From Catajapyx aquilonaris (taxonomy: Eukaryota): a stretch of 42,101 nucleotides of DNA. Numbering within the stretch: position 1 is the stretch's first letter; every line of letters begins with the position of its first letter. The position numbers and the translations under genes are program-made. Under the pieces are notes generated by a model that was given only the letters and a program-made list of their open reading frames with translations, did not search any database and was not told the origin of the DNA. Of the stretch, positions 11,601-25,869 are shown one piece after another. The DNA is taken from NCBI GenBank assembly GCA_000934665.2, contig KZ538892.1, positions 1 through 42,101 of the forward strand, read 5' to 3'.

Positions 11601-14600
11601 ACTTAACCATTCAAAAGGGTATCCCTCTTCGTGGTGTGCCAAAAGATTAGGATCTGCCATTAAACAATCCGCGTAAGAATGGCTCAACGGTGCATGGTAA
11701 TATCCCACTGCAGCACTGAATACAAGTACCTGGCCTGTCCATTTCTGCCTCGAGATGAAGAAAGAACATGCAGGTCATCCTACATATTGCCATCCAAGCT
11801 AGTCACCTCCGAAAGGATCACTTTCATGTGCTTCCCTCATCTAAAGGCAGAAATAGATCCGGTGCTTACCTTTAGTGCTGCAAGAAAATCCTTTTGGCCT
11901 TTTGGGATATCAGATCTGTTGGGTCAGCAATATTGACTCCTTTATGTAGGCCTACAGTTACAGTACATACTGCATACTACACAGTTTGGATAATACGAAC
12001 AGGTGGAGAATATAATTCTGATTCGAAAAGTCCTCTGAAATATTGTCACAATTACGGCCAAGACGATACAGTCCTCCAAAGTTGCGGTAAAAATGTGATT
12101 ATGAATGACGCCATGCTATTGTGAATTCCATATTCCATCAAAAGCCTCAATAAAGCAAACTCAACATACTACCTCTCATCTCTTGCAGTGGAAAATTAAT
12201 TTAAAGTTAAGGCATTCAAATCCGTTCTTGGACTTATGAGACATGTTATCCTTACGATATATAGGGCCTTGTGCATTTTCACTGAAACAAAGAGCGAACC
12301 AGCTGCTTATGCAAATCAGCGTTCGCCTTATATGCTCATGTAATATTAGATTACACAGTAGTAATTCTCTCGGCTATTTTCGTGCATACCAAATTCAGGC
12401 CGAGGGACAGGAGGAAAACTTTGTCCACAGGTGATATCCAAAATGCTTAATTCTGAATAAATTGGACGAGTTGGCGAGTTGGCAGAGTTGTAGATTTTGC
12501 GCCAAGAAAGATCTGGGTGCACTGGTTTTTATCAATATATTGAAGGCAGTAACTGTTAGTTCATGCAACAGCTTTCAAATAATAAATGCAAATGAAATAT
12601 GATAAACCGTACAGTGATGGCCCACCAGTGCCCTACAGTGACCCTAGGCTTGAACTAGGTCGAAAATCTGTCCACATAGAGACCATTGCAAGAGCAGTAA
12701 TGGCACCTCACAAACAGACCTGCTGTTCATGTAGGGTAAACCATACAGTGACGGCCAGTTTCTACACCCTGCATCGAGGGGGTAACAACTTCGTGGAACC
12801 GGTGTACAGAGTCCCTGCGTGGAACCGGTCTGGAACCGGCTTGGAACCGGCTTGGAACCGGGTGGAACCAGCTTGGAACCGGGTAGAACCACCCGGTTCC
12901 AGGAACTGGTGTATACACTTTTTTTTTGGGGGGGGGGGGAGTTGTTACTCCCTTCTCTTGCATGCTTTTGTGTGGTGTTATCTCGTATCTCTTAGGCCTA
13001 GTTACCGTCCTAATACGCATAATACCGATGGTCCTTACTGTCCATAGGTTCCTAATGTAGATATCCTATTGTTTTGCTGCCATGACCATCACTATCTTGG
13101 CACCTGGCCATTATTGTTTGTATAAGGGTGGCCATTACTGTCTTTTGTTTGTTTCGTGTGTGTTTTGTTTTGTTGGGAACGAAGCCCTTTTAGAGGGGTG
13201 GATTACCACCATTTTGAATAATTTCCAGTTTTTCTTCAGTCACCGTGCAAGGACATTTATAGGATGGTAAGGATGGGGGGAGTTGGGAGGGGACACAGGT
13301 GCAAGTGCAATGTCTGAAAATGGTCATGTGCAGTCCCCCAGGATGCCGGTTGCCAAGACGCTTCCTTAGGCGCGGGCCAGAGACCCACTGACGCAGGCGA
13401 AAGGTATAACTCCCGGGCGGGGATTAGAGCCCGGGACCTTTAGCACAGCAACCCGAGACGTTACCATCTCGGCCACCGGACCTTCCCCCCATTACTGTCT
13501 TGTAGGCAGTATATTTTGTGCATTTAAAATAATATACATACACATATATTCTGACAGATTTAAATGAATTTGATGGAATGTGAACGGGCAAAACCTCTGT
13601 TATTTAGAGAAACATTTTAGAAAATTTATGTGGAAAGATATTATGCGAGGATATTCATGTATTACTGAGACCAATGAGCTAAACTGGCCATCACTGTATG
13701 GTTTACCATACCTACTTAACTTCAGTGGTTTTTAAACAAAAGAGCACAGAATAGTTAGGCAATATTCGGCATGCATTAGGAGACAACAATACCAGCCAAA
13801 CAAACTTACTGTCCTTTAACACTGACGTATGTCTTGTATAAGAAGATCAAGTGGGCATTATTGACTGATATCAGTAATACGTGCAAGAAGTAAAGGTGAC
13901 ATGGTCCGGGTATAATATGTGCATGTCCTCTGCATGTTTTATTAGAGTGGCAAAGGTAGCACCAGCAATCGGAATTCTACTATAGGAAGGACCAAAAAAA
14001 ATGGCAATGGTTTGAAGACAAATTACTTCATCAACATAGCGAATATTCAGAGGTGGCGCTGCCGAAAACAGTCTTTCAACATCCATCACATTTTTTCACT
14101 CTATATTAATGCAAGTCCTTACAGCCTCTCCCTCCTGAAAAGAACTGTTACTCAAAATTGAAGCAAAACGCAGTGGAAACGTTTGATCGAGAGACCACAA
14201 TCATTAACTTTTGGACTGCCTAGGACATTGCGCAGGGCAGTATTTTTATTCGGAATGGAGAGAGACACAACGATTACCTGTCAGCATATATGAAAAATAA
14301 AAAATAAAAATACCAGAAGGAAAAATCGGATAAGATCTGAAAAATTCAAATTCAAGTAACTTTCAGGGGAGCAAGTGTCATTCATTCTTGTTTCAACTAA
14401 TATGACAAACAGGTATTATACTTTGGCTTCACCGAAGCCTGCCTTGCACCTGTAAACTATCCCAATCCCATAGGTGCTTTTACTTTCCCACGGCCGATTC
14501 TCTGGACAGGAATATGTTACAATATCCTTAAAGACATATTATGTAGTCGGGGTGGCAGTAGGCTACAGGTTATAATATCCAGTACAATACATTTTAAACG

Positions 14601-17001
14601 AATTTCCAAAATCCTGATGCCACATCTCAGCGTAAGTAACATATTCACCCAGCGAGCCGACAACTACTAAACTGAACTGATAACAAATATAGCCTTTCAC
14701 TTTATCCTGAGGACAGTCGAACTTGGGGCAGACTATGTTCTGTCCATAGCCCCATTAACATCTCTACATTATGTACAAAATTAATGAAAATGAAAAATGA
14801 CATGATATTAGTAGGCATACCTTAGCTGTTCCACCTCCAGGCTGATGAGTCATATTGTCCCGAGAGCCCACCTTAGACGAAGCTCTTTCTTTGAAGTCCA
14901 GTTTTTTGCTCTCGATCTTCTTATCCCCGCCACCAGGTTTGTAAGTCGTGTTATCCAGAGAACCAATCTTGGATTTTGCTGACCAATTCAGTTTCTGGCT
15001 CTGGATCTGTCAATAAAATATATCAGTTTTAACAGTGTGGCGTCAGAAATACATCGACATTACAAAAATAAAAAATGTACATAAAAAATTCAATAAATTA
15101 ATTATTATTCGAGATTATGCGTGCGATATTATTTGCAATAGCAGTTCTTTTCTTAGCTCATCTAATGGACTTTGCCAGTGGGCATGCAGATTTGTAGAAT
15201 GGTGAGTGGGGATATGAGACGGGGAATCAAAACGTAACACGATGCAGATGCACATGAGACATTACATGCCATTACAAAGCCTTTGGACCACGCCACACTG
15301 GACTAGATTTACGGGCCAAAAATTTTAACCAGCTCTCGCTGTTTATACGGTCCGTTTTTTATGTCGGAGCCTTTTTGCCCCACCGCATTGTCCATAATTT
15401 TCGCTCCGCTTGTCGCAGGCCCCATTTGTTATAGACATACGTACCACTGGTTTTGACACACCGGAAAGGACAGTAGGTAATGATACCGGTACCAATTTAA
15501 AATTTTCGGTCCTGAAATTCGGTCTCTTGTGGCTTGGGCACGAGATGAACTCATAGGTGAAGGTGTGGAAGCAATAACTACAGCATGCTTCAGTTAAACC
15601 CGTATTGCTTAATGTAGGCTACAGTAGTTGAAGCGAACCTTCTTGTCTCCACCCGACGGGTTGTACTTGTCGTTGTATGCGCCAACCCTGGATTGCGCCT
15701 TGCTAAAGTCCACCTTTTTGGTCTCAATCTTGATCTGTCCACCTCCTGGTCTGTGCCGGGCATTGTCCATTGATCCAATTTTTGATTTCACACTTTTTAA
15801 GTTGGGTGATGCCGCCAAGCCAACCTGTACTTTGTTCATGGGCACTGTCCGGACAAGAAGAAAACGAGTAATCAATTACCTTAAGAATAGGTCAGCACAA
15901 TTTACATGTTAACAAAAAGAAAATGGTTCCAAGTTAATTATAAATTATTTTCTTACATTACGAAGCAAGTTAATTTTGAGTGAGAGACATCTGTGCATCC
16001 TTTCAATAGTGGAATCATGAAATCGGCAGTAGCAAATCCCAAATTTTCAGCTACCTGGATTATGCAGGGTGGTTCAGTGCTCCAAAGCTCTAAGTTTAGT
16101 TGTATTTAACGTTTAAAACAAAGTGGAGCGAAACTGATGTAGTTATGTTCATCACAGTCCTTGCATCTAGTACAATCAAAATACTTTTAGATAACATATT
16201 AGATTGTCAATTGCAAACCTTTTTGAATTATGAGCTCTGACACTTAAAATATATGGCCAAGTTTGGAGGATTTAACTCCATCACAGTATACTTGGTTACC
16301 CATCAATAATCGTCACATGTGCGGCATTGCATTGGTGGGTCCCAAGAGCAGATGGAGCGCTCACTCACCATGTCAGAAATATCACATAATATTTACTACC
16401 TGACACCCACAGCTAGAGTAGTCATATGTAATAATCTTTTCCAGCTTAAGTAGTGCTCTCAGTGCTGAGGAGTGCTCTGAAGGAGTGCTCTGACAGGGGA
16501 TGTGGCGGCGTTACTCATTAGTCATTATTTACGGGATGGGAGAATGCTTACCAGAAAATCAAGAAATAATGCCATGAGATATTTAAAATTTGCATAATTT
16601 TTTTACGGTTTCCGCTATAAGAAAATAATAGCACTGGACTTCTTCAGCAAGAACGAGTATCTCGTAATCTTTGGAGCAAAGGCGGCATTACATTTCTTGT
16701 CCGAAAGGGCTGACGCAGAAGATGGTTCTGGTGAGATCGGAGTAGTTCCAGAGCTGGGTGGAGTCTTCATGGGGCTGGGTTTGGCAACAGCTCCATTGGA
16801 CTTGCCACTAGGAGACACCATTCCCACAGAAGGACTCGTTTTGGCTGGTGATGCAACGCCCGGTAACTTCTTCGGGGCTGGAATTTTTGATGGCGACTTC
16901 TTCGGAGATGATAGATCACCGTTGGTCTGAGGCTCCTGAAACAAATCACATCCCAATGCATAAGACTCTTTTTTCACTCCCGATATCTTATTAATTTACT
17001 G

Positions 17002-17066
<65 letters not shown>

Positions 17067-20000
17067 AAGTTCATTTGTTTGTTTGTCCCAGTCCCCCCAT
17101 CGCTTCCTCCCCCTTGACCTCCCCCCAACCCCCACCGCTCCCTAATCATACCGCCCCTTCCCCCCGGGCCCCTCACTATATAGAAACGGATTATACCATA
17201 CGGGGTTATCATACTGTATAGCAACGTATTATCATAGCAACCTGTTACCATGGCAATTGGATTACCATAGCTACCATGACATCAACAGTGATTGAATGTT
17301 GCTGATCCATTGTTTCCATACAGTAACGTCATCACAATACCATGGCAACAATGGCATTCAACAATATCAATGGTGCCACGGTAATAGACCGTTCAATTCC
17401 TGTGCGAAGAACGGGTATCCTGCTAGTGTTAATAATAAACGACATTAACTCATGTACCTGTTGTTTACAGATGAACCCTTCCAGGATTGATTTTGCAGTG
17501 ACCCTTGATAATTTTTAGTGTACTGTACGTTATTCCCAATAATATTGTAGGCTATTTATTTATTTTTATTTTATTTTATTACCCCGTAACAGGGCGGGGC
17601 CCTTCAATAATATTGTACGAAAAAGTGAAACTGAGTTTTTGCCTAATTAGATCCTCAATCGATAAATTTGTATTTGAATTTCATGACATCGAAATTTGTT
17701 CAAATTTCATGGGGACAGAAAGGGTTAGGACTTAGGAGTATATTGGAGAACTTTTATACTACATACAATACCAGTAGTATAGTACGTATTTATTATTGGC
17801 AATGTTTGAAAATACTCCATTTTTCGCATAAAGCAATATTTCATAAAATTGCAACCATCTCTGCACAGTATGGAAACCGTTAAAATTGGGAAATTCAATG
17901 GGAAACCGATAATTCACAAAATTAACTCAATTAATGTCAATTTTAGTGGATAACTTGCAAGTTGCAACCCTGAAAATTGCTCATCTCATATCACTTCCGT
18001 AAAGATTGAAGAAGAAAATGCATTTTAATGTAACACCTTCTGTGGTCAATTGAAGTTTGAAAAATATAATGTTCAAATTCAAATTTTTGAGTTGGAGATC
18101 AAAGCAGACAAAAACCAGGTTTCACTTTTTCACCTGTAATATTGTAAGAAACAACTTCGACTAAAAATAATTACGGTGGGGCATTAGAAAATCAATCCTG
18201 GAAGAGATCCTTTGAGAATGGGCATGTGAGAGTAGCCTACTTCTGAGTCACAAAGGCGAATTCCTGCATAATAAATATTAGTTAGTTTTGAATTTAAAAG
18301 CGCACTCTTCAGCTACATTGTCAAAAGACTTGTATTCCAGAAACGGGAAGAGATGAGTCATAGGGATGATGACCAATTTCACCACACAAAGCATGATGTC
18401 TGAGGACACGGCGAAAGTAGGCTACAGTCATGTTCGTGGTAGAGTCCTTTGTAGGCTACTTATGGATTTTACTTGGCAAAACACACGATAATATTATTAT
18501 CAGAGAGGCACGTTTTTCGATGTACACACAGGCATAGGCAGCCCCCGACTTACGTAGTCTCGACTAATGTAAAGTTTTCCAACATGATAAGTCACCTTCA
18601 ATCATCTATATGGGATGCAATAAAAATCTTTGAGCAATAAACAAAATTATGTATACAGATTCCGTACCTTACTGGTAAAAAATTCCATTAATTAATACCT
18701 TGCTTAATTTCGAAAAAGGTGAGACGTCATCAGGCAAAAATGTTTCGGGCATCGATAGTTGTCACGCAAGAGTAGACTATCACTATACTTGTGAGTACCG
18801 CAGATTCCGTGGTACCTCAAGAAGCGTCTTAACACAGTTGCCAGAAATTTCAGTGAGGCTGTAAGGCCAAGATGCAGTAGATAGCGGTAGATAGATCACC
18901 AAGGACCTGGTTACTATTAGACGAAGGTGCGCTGGGACAAATGGGTACAACATTTACATGCATATAAAAATTAGCGTTCGACAGCCCTTACGTACCCTGC
19001 AAATTGTGAGGCCTCAGATCATTATAACAATTTAGGAACCTTACTTTCGTCACATCCCTTGCATATATCTAGGGGATTATCGGGTTGAAAAGGGTCGGCC
19101 TCCCTTCAAGGCAAGCTTTCCTTTGCTGTGTTACCAGATAAGAACTTAATCCTTTTGCAAACACTTTAGATTCTGAGACTTTGAAGTATGAAGTATGATA
19201 GAGGAGATAAATGACAAATAGGCCGAAGTAAATACAGTAGTATTATTTTGTTTCTACAAAATTCATCATAGTCACAAAATGGGTCATATCTTTGGCTAGC
19301 ATTGCACACAAACCCCGTGTCGATCTAGACATTTTTCGCTGTGACATTTTGTAAGCCAAAGTACTGCCGGTGCACTTGTCGCCACCAAGCCCGCTCCTTC
19401 ATCTTTTGGAGACTCCCTATATATTCTCCGTGATTTCATGATAAATTGCTTCACATTCTTCAGAACAGAACGAAGTGTGCAGGTCAGTTTGAAGTTTATT
19501 TTTTGGGGTGTGGCCTCTCCCATCCCCTCCTACATGTTCATCACTTCTATAGTATGCAACTCCTCTATTGCGTCATCCATATCATTTTTCTCCCAATGAT
19601 GCCACAATGCATCAGGTATTTATAACATAGAATCTTAAAACACGATGAGGTTGTCACGCTGTCCAGCTGGGTAGCCAGCATAGAGGAAGGAGAAATCCGG
19701 CCTCTTAAGAAATCCTTTTGATTGTGAACATTCATACGCAGTAGGCTTGAATCATTTTAAAATTTACAAGCTACTTATCAGGTGAATAGCCATACGTACT
19801 GACTTCGCGGAGAGTGCGTGGTTCCTGCATCCTAATGAAACTCTGGAAAAAATGTACTTTACCAGCTAGGCAATAGAACATAAAAATACCGGTAGGCCTA
19901 CTACTACTGTAGTTGTACTTTCGTGGTGTGAAAAACTCAAAACCCACAATATTTAACTCGCAGGCGAGTGTGTTTCTCTGGTATGCCTACGATATGCTCA

Positions 20001-23000
20001 GTGCCGGATTAACCCCCTTGGCCGCCCCTAGGCAGTTGAGATCCCCCACCCCCATCTCCCCAATTCCGCTTCAAAACTCAATTTTTTGTCGAGTGCTCTG
20101 CTTAATTTAATTTTTTTTAGATTACCCCGTGATACAGCCGTAAGCCGTTTGAGGGGAGTGGCATACCCCCATCAGTTTTCTAGTGTTCTTACAACTTTTT
20201 CTTCATTCTCCTGTGCAGGGAAACAGGGACATTGGGAAAGGATAGGGATTGAACTGGGGAGGGGACACTTGTGCAGGTGCAATGTCATGAAACCTTTGGG
20301 CCATGTGCAGTCCCCCAGGAGGTTAGGTTGCCAGACACCTCCTTGGTGCAGGTCAGAGACCCTCCCGACGCAGGTGAAAGGAAGTTCCCCAGGCGGGGAT
20401 CGAACCTGGGGCCTTTCACTCAGCAAGCCGAGACGTTACCATCACGACCACCACACCTCCCCATGCTTCATTTCATTTTATACTAGATAAAAATTTATAT
20501 TTCAACTTATGGCCGCCCCCGTATAGGCCTGGTGGCAAATCCGACGCTGGGAACCCCCCGACGAAATTTTTGAATTGTTACCAATTTTCGCCTTTATTTC
20601 CTATTATATTAGTGTAGCAGCTATTAGAAAAATATTTATTGCAACTTGCGGCCGCCCCTAGGCAATTCCCTGCTCTGCCCAATGGTAAATCCGGCGCTGC
20701 TTCCACTCGCTTAATTATTTATTATTAATTTTTCGCTTACTTTTTTTTTGTATGCCTAAATTTGCCGGCCCTTGAAATCTGCCGCCCTAGGCAACTGCCT
20801 AGGTTGCCTTTCCTTAAATCCGGCGCTGGATATGCTCAATAATGATCGATGCGCATAATATGTGCGAGGTGAGAAGTAAAAGCAACAGACAGTAGAAGGT
20901 GCAGAAATACAGTACGTTCTTGAGATTTGACAGTTACGATACGGCCACGGCAAAGAGAACATTACTATTGTTATGACGTGAAAATATTTGAGGGGTGCTC
21001 TTCCATAATGAGGAAAGTGCCATTTTGGCGGAAAATTACTTTTCTGTGTTTTTCTGCGACAAATGCTACCCTGCAGTTGCACTGAAAACGTGGCTGCCAT
21101 ATACGAGCCTCCGTTCCGAAAGTATCGATACCGAAAGTTTTCAGCCATTACTCATGCTACTCATGCAACGGTCAGAATGAGGCAAGTGCCAAGCAAGATG
21201 GAGGCACGTGCCTGGTTTGGGAACTTCTTCTTCTTTTGCAATTTTTCTCATATTATCAGTTTTACTAACTTACAAGCATTATTGAAGTGTTCTTTTGGTT
21301 CGTATTGTACGTATATGGTTTTGAAAATAAAAATGGGGTGCTCAAGGATACACAAGTATCCTCACAAAATGGAAAGAAACCTTCCCCTGTCAAATTTCAT
21401 TTTTGGCACTTGCCTCGTTGTGGAAAAGCACCCCACATTTTCTGACTGAGTTTGGAGCAGGGTGCAGCTGTACCAGCTTCACGCCTTCGAAAGCGATTCC
21501 TTGAGATGCCGGAAGTTTCACACCATTTACCCCGAAATTGCATGTGTTTGCGTTGTTTTCCCATAACTCGATTCAATATGGTATTCCTTAACAGCGCCGC
21601 GCCGGCGCGTATGGGTGGCGGGGCCCTGAGCCAAAAGGCGCGGGGCCCCTCCAATGCATGCATCGGCAACGCTTTTAAACTTCCCCTTGCATATGTATAT
21701 TCTCCTTATAAAGGTTTCTAGGTTAAACCACCTATAATATTTCTTCACTGCTCCTCACATGAACCTGGGATTTGTGCAGGCTGCGTCACGATGGCACCTT
21801 TTTATTGTGACACTTAGCCTGTTGCAATTCGTAAGGCCATAAACAGCTTGATTGGAGGCCTTGACACACCTTGTAGGACTCGATACAATGCAAATCAATG
21901 AATCTCAAACTGTATTTTGTGACAGAAGTTATAATACAGGGAAGGTAGGCAAAATTTAATGCACATGCAATGAGTATGTGCTGTAATACAACAGCTGATT
22001 GAATGTGATCTATTACAAAACGGGAGTTCACTTCCCCAAACTATACCTTATACAGTATTATGATTTCGGTGCTCCCCTCCCTGAGAAACATTATGAAACA
22101 CCATGTAGAACTAAAAGTATATTAGTGTACTAGGCGTAGGCCTATACACCATGCATGAGGCAAGGCACATAACACATCAGATAGGCAAATGAGATCTTAC
22201 CTGACTCTCATCCACTCCACTGTCATGATCACCTTCTGAAATAAATGAAACATAGTTATATTATGGTGGGAAATTGACTCTTTCACACTGATCCGTAATG
22301 ATTGTTGTGCTTTCTCCGTCTCAGAATGTAGTATCTTAGGCTACAAATAATTATGTAGCCTATATACATTCTGAGACGGAGAAAGGTCTGCTGAGACCCA
22401 TTATAGCCATATGTACGTATACGTATTGCTATAGTGGGTCCCAGCAGACCTTTTGCGCGAAGGCAGTATAGCAGGAGATCATTGAACCACGAAAAGAAGA
22501 CAATGTGAGGTAGGCCTACAATGTGATCACCCATCGTGTTAATAACGACGTATAGACTACTAGTCTACGAAGCTGGCTCAATACATATGACTTTTACGTA
22601 CAGTGGTGGCAGAGTGTGGCAAGTATGAAGTAGGATACCCAGAAATGTATGACCTGGCACAAACCGACATGAAAAAGTCAGTTATAGTTTTTCATCAGGG
22701 TGATTGAAAAGGTTATGCACCAATAGTCCAATTTCAGGATCATATATTAGAGGGGTCGGAATATAGCAACTATGGAATAGGAACCAAAGTTTTCCAAAGT
22801 AATTCCGATTCGGTAGGAGCCTGAAAATATCAGGAACTACGTACATTAAGAACGTAATTGCACCGTCTGAAGAGGCATTAGGTTGGTAACAGTATGAGTT
22901 GACTGAGACCTTCAGTTACTGCATTTATACAGTAGTATCTTCGTATCATCGTCATAATCATGTGCTTGTTATTCGTGCACGCGGTCGTCCACATGGAGTT

Positions 23001-25783
23001 GCCATGTGGTGTTTCGGGTTATGCCCGAGACATTCACATTTCGGAAATTCCCCCTCAGCATCACATGACAACATACAGTAGATGGGCTAAATGCGCCGCT
23101 TACTGTGACGACAAGGTGGTAGTGCTTTAAAGCCGCAGTGTTTCACGTCTAAGTACTGTACAATTTATTATTGTTCGATTCCCGGGTCGGACAGAGGAAT
23201 TTAAAACGCTATAATAGTCTCCTCCCTCTTGACGTCGGTTTTCTCAGGGTCCTCCCCTTTTTTCCCAAGTGCTGTTCAAAACACACACTCTCTCCTATTT
23301 CCTGCCCCCATGCTTCATAGCCTTAGTTGCCTGGGATCCCCCCAATCAACCAAACCAAACCACTTCTGATGTCCCAAATCGTCCATCGTGACACAATGCT
23401 GACACCAGAGCGAGAAAGGCTAAATATCACTCACGAGTGGTATGACCAGTCCCCAGTCACTCCCTATACCACTTATACCAGTACATTGCTACCCCCTTGA
23501 CGTTAGCTGATCTCCACCATCGAGGGGGTTTGGCCACGGTCGGCGCTAGAGTCATGAACCGAGATGGTGGCGGCTTACCTAGTGGGGAAATTTTGAACCC
23601 TTTTGGTCGACTCTGATTGGTTGGAGGTAGTACAGTAAAACTTCTATAAGTCGAACTTCCCTAAGTCGAAGTTCTCTATAAGTCGAATAAAATGATGAGC
23701 TTGGTTGGTCACAATGCAAAATAATAGGAAATAAACTTCCCTAACTCGAATTTCTATAACTCGAAGTGTAGGCAGGGCCTTTCGATGGGATATAAATGCA
23801 TTTTCAGTCTCCCTAAGTCGAAGTTCATGTTGGCGAGTACGAAAATTTTTCTAATTTCCCAGTCGAGCGAAGGGTCGAGAGTAGGCAACATGTACAGAAA
23901 GGCTCAATTTCCTGATCTCCGTCTACCAGACGCACCGAAAGAAGTGTTTGACTCGATTGTGACAATTGAATCCTTGAATCTAAGAGTAGGCAAATGTCCA
24001 TAACGGAGTTTTTTTTACAACAAAACAACGAGGAACATTGTAAGTGTGATAGTGACAGTTATTTTTGAGTTTTGAACACCTTTTGTCGCTGGATATAAAG
24101 GTAGGCTTCCTTATAGAGTTATGCGCTTTAAAAAATCCAAAGTTCTCTAACTCGAATCTTCTATAACTCGAAGTTTTTTTCCGGTCCCATGGAGATTCGA
24201 CTTATAGAAGTTTTACTGTAAATTGGTTAAAAAGAGCACAGGGGACCTTTTAAAACTCCAGCCAATCGTAGTCGACTAAAAGGGTTGAGAATTGCCCCGC
24301 TAGGTAAGGCGCCACCATCTCGGTGCATGACTCTAGCGCCGACCGTGGCCAATCCACCTCGGTGGGGGATGGTGGTGGATATCAGCTAACGTCACGCGAA
24401 AAGAGGGAGAGTGACTGGGGGCTGGGTATGACTTTCATATTTGTGAGTGACTTTCTAAAAATAACCACATGAAGATCTACCTGGATCAAGGTGAGTCGCA
24501 TTGTCACAGCTTACTTGACAAAGTCAACCAGTTTTTGATCGACTATACGAGAAGCTCCACATAGTTTGGTGCCCCTTCATTTTGCCTTTCAAAATACGAC
24601 CCAAGGAAGCCAAGATAATTATTATTACCATAAGTTATTTGTCCCTCAACAGGGCTCTTTTGATTTTCCTGCTCAGTTTAGTGGTCCACGTTTGTTGATG
24701 GAATAACAGATACACCGGTAAAGATTAGGATCCATTGTAAGATGAAGAGGGAGTTCATTGTCCGATTATTCCTCAAAGTAAGTCATCGGTCGATGCAATG
24801 TCAATGCTCCGTGCTTCCACCTCTTTTGTGAAAAGGAATTCTTAGGAAGCTGTCTAAAATAGTCTTTCTTCTTATCAAGATTAGGTTCATGAACTTCCCA
24901 AAATTTCCGTGTTATCAGTGGCAGAAATCCCCTCCAGTTGACATGTGGCCCTGATGTAGGCGACACTTTAGAGGTCAGGACAACATATACCGTACATGTC
25001 AGCATAAGAATATTTGCGGCGAGGAACATCCGGATCCATGTCTACAGCGAAACCTCTTGCATCAACAAAGACGAATTCTGATCTTCGTGATGGATTGGCG
25101 GACTACCTGCGGGCCAGTTTATTTGCTTACTTTTGCTTTCTTTTTGACATTGTTTTTTAACATTGTTGTAAAACGGTGTGGGTGGCGGCGACCAGTGATA
25201 GGGAGTTGTGGGAGGCTGTGACAGACTGAAAGCTCCATGTGCATAACAGTATTTACAATGTACTACATGATAATGCACTGATAATTTCAATCACACTGCA
25301 TCAACTTACCATAGCCTATCACATAATTATCATACACGTACGCCATATTTTAAATGCATTTAGAGCAGTGATTGCCACAATTTCAATAAATTCGTACTTG
25401 AATATGGCATTCGGAATTAATTCGAAACTGATATAATTTGAATTGAAATGAACAGTAACGCCTGAATTGAAGTTGAATGGAATGGAATCGACAGGACACG
25501 AGTGGTAGTGAATGGGTAATTGAACTGAATTGAATGGCGACGAATTGAAGTCGATTGGAATTGGATTAAGTGGGTCGCAGCCAGTTCTCGGTGGAGCTGA
25601 ATGAAAAAGTAATATATTCATTTCATAATGAATATTATGCCGATGGGGAGGAGGGAGTGCCCCTGGGAGTGTACAATCGCTTATGCTTTCTCAATAAAGT
25701 GGGTACTTTTAGCCTCAGAGGCTGTATGTACAGTACAGTACCAGAGGGGGCGCCTAATAATTGTTCTTATTGGAAGGTGTTCC

Positions 25784-25869
<86 letters not shown>

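Noticed and set aside
16451..16494. Four AGTGCT(CT) units as a regulatory array
   Set aside because: Short local duplication with no independent support for function.
24515..24542. 28-nt segment with AG and GTAAGC on the minus strand
   Set aside because: Length breaks the frame of the phase-1 intron; probably a pseudo-exon.
24766..25029. 87-aa minus-strand ORF with a hydrophobic N-terminus
   Set aside because: No recognisable family or supporting gene structure; overlaps the in-phase candidate exon in another frame.
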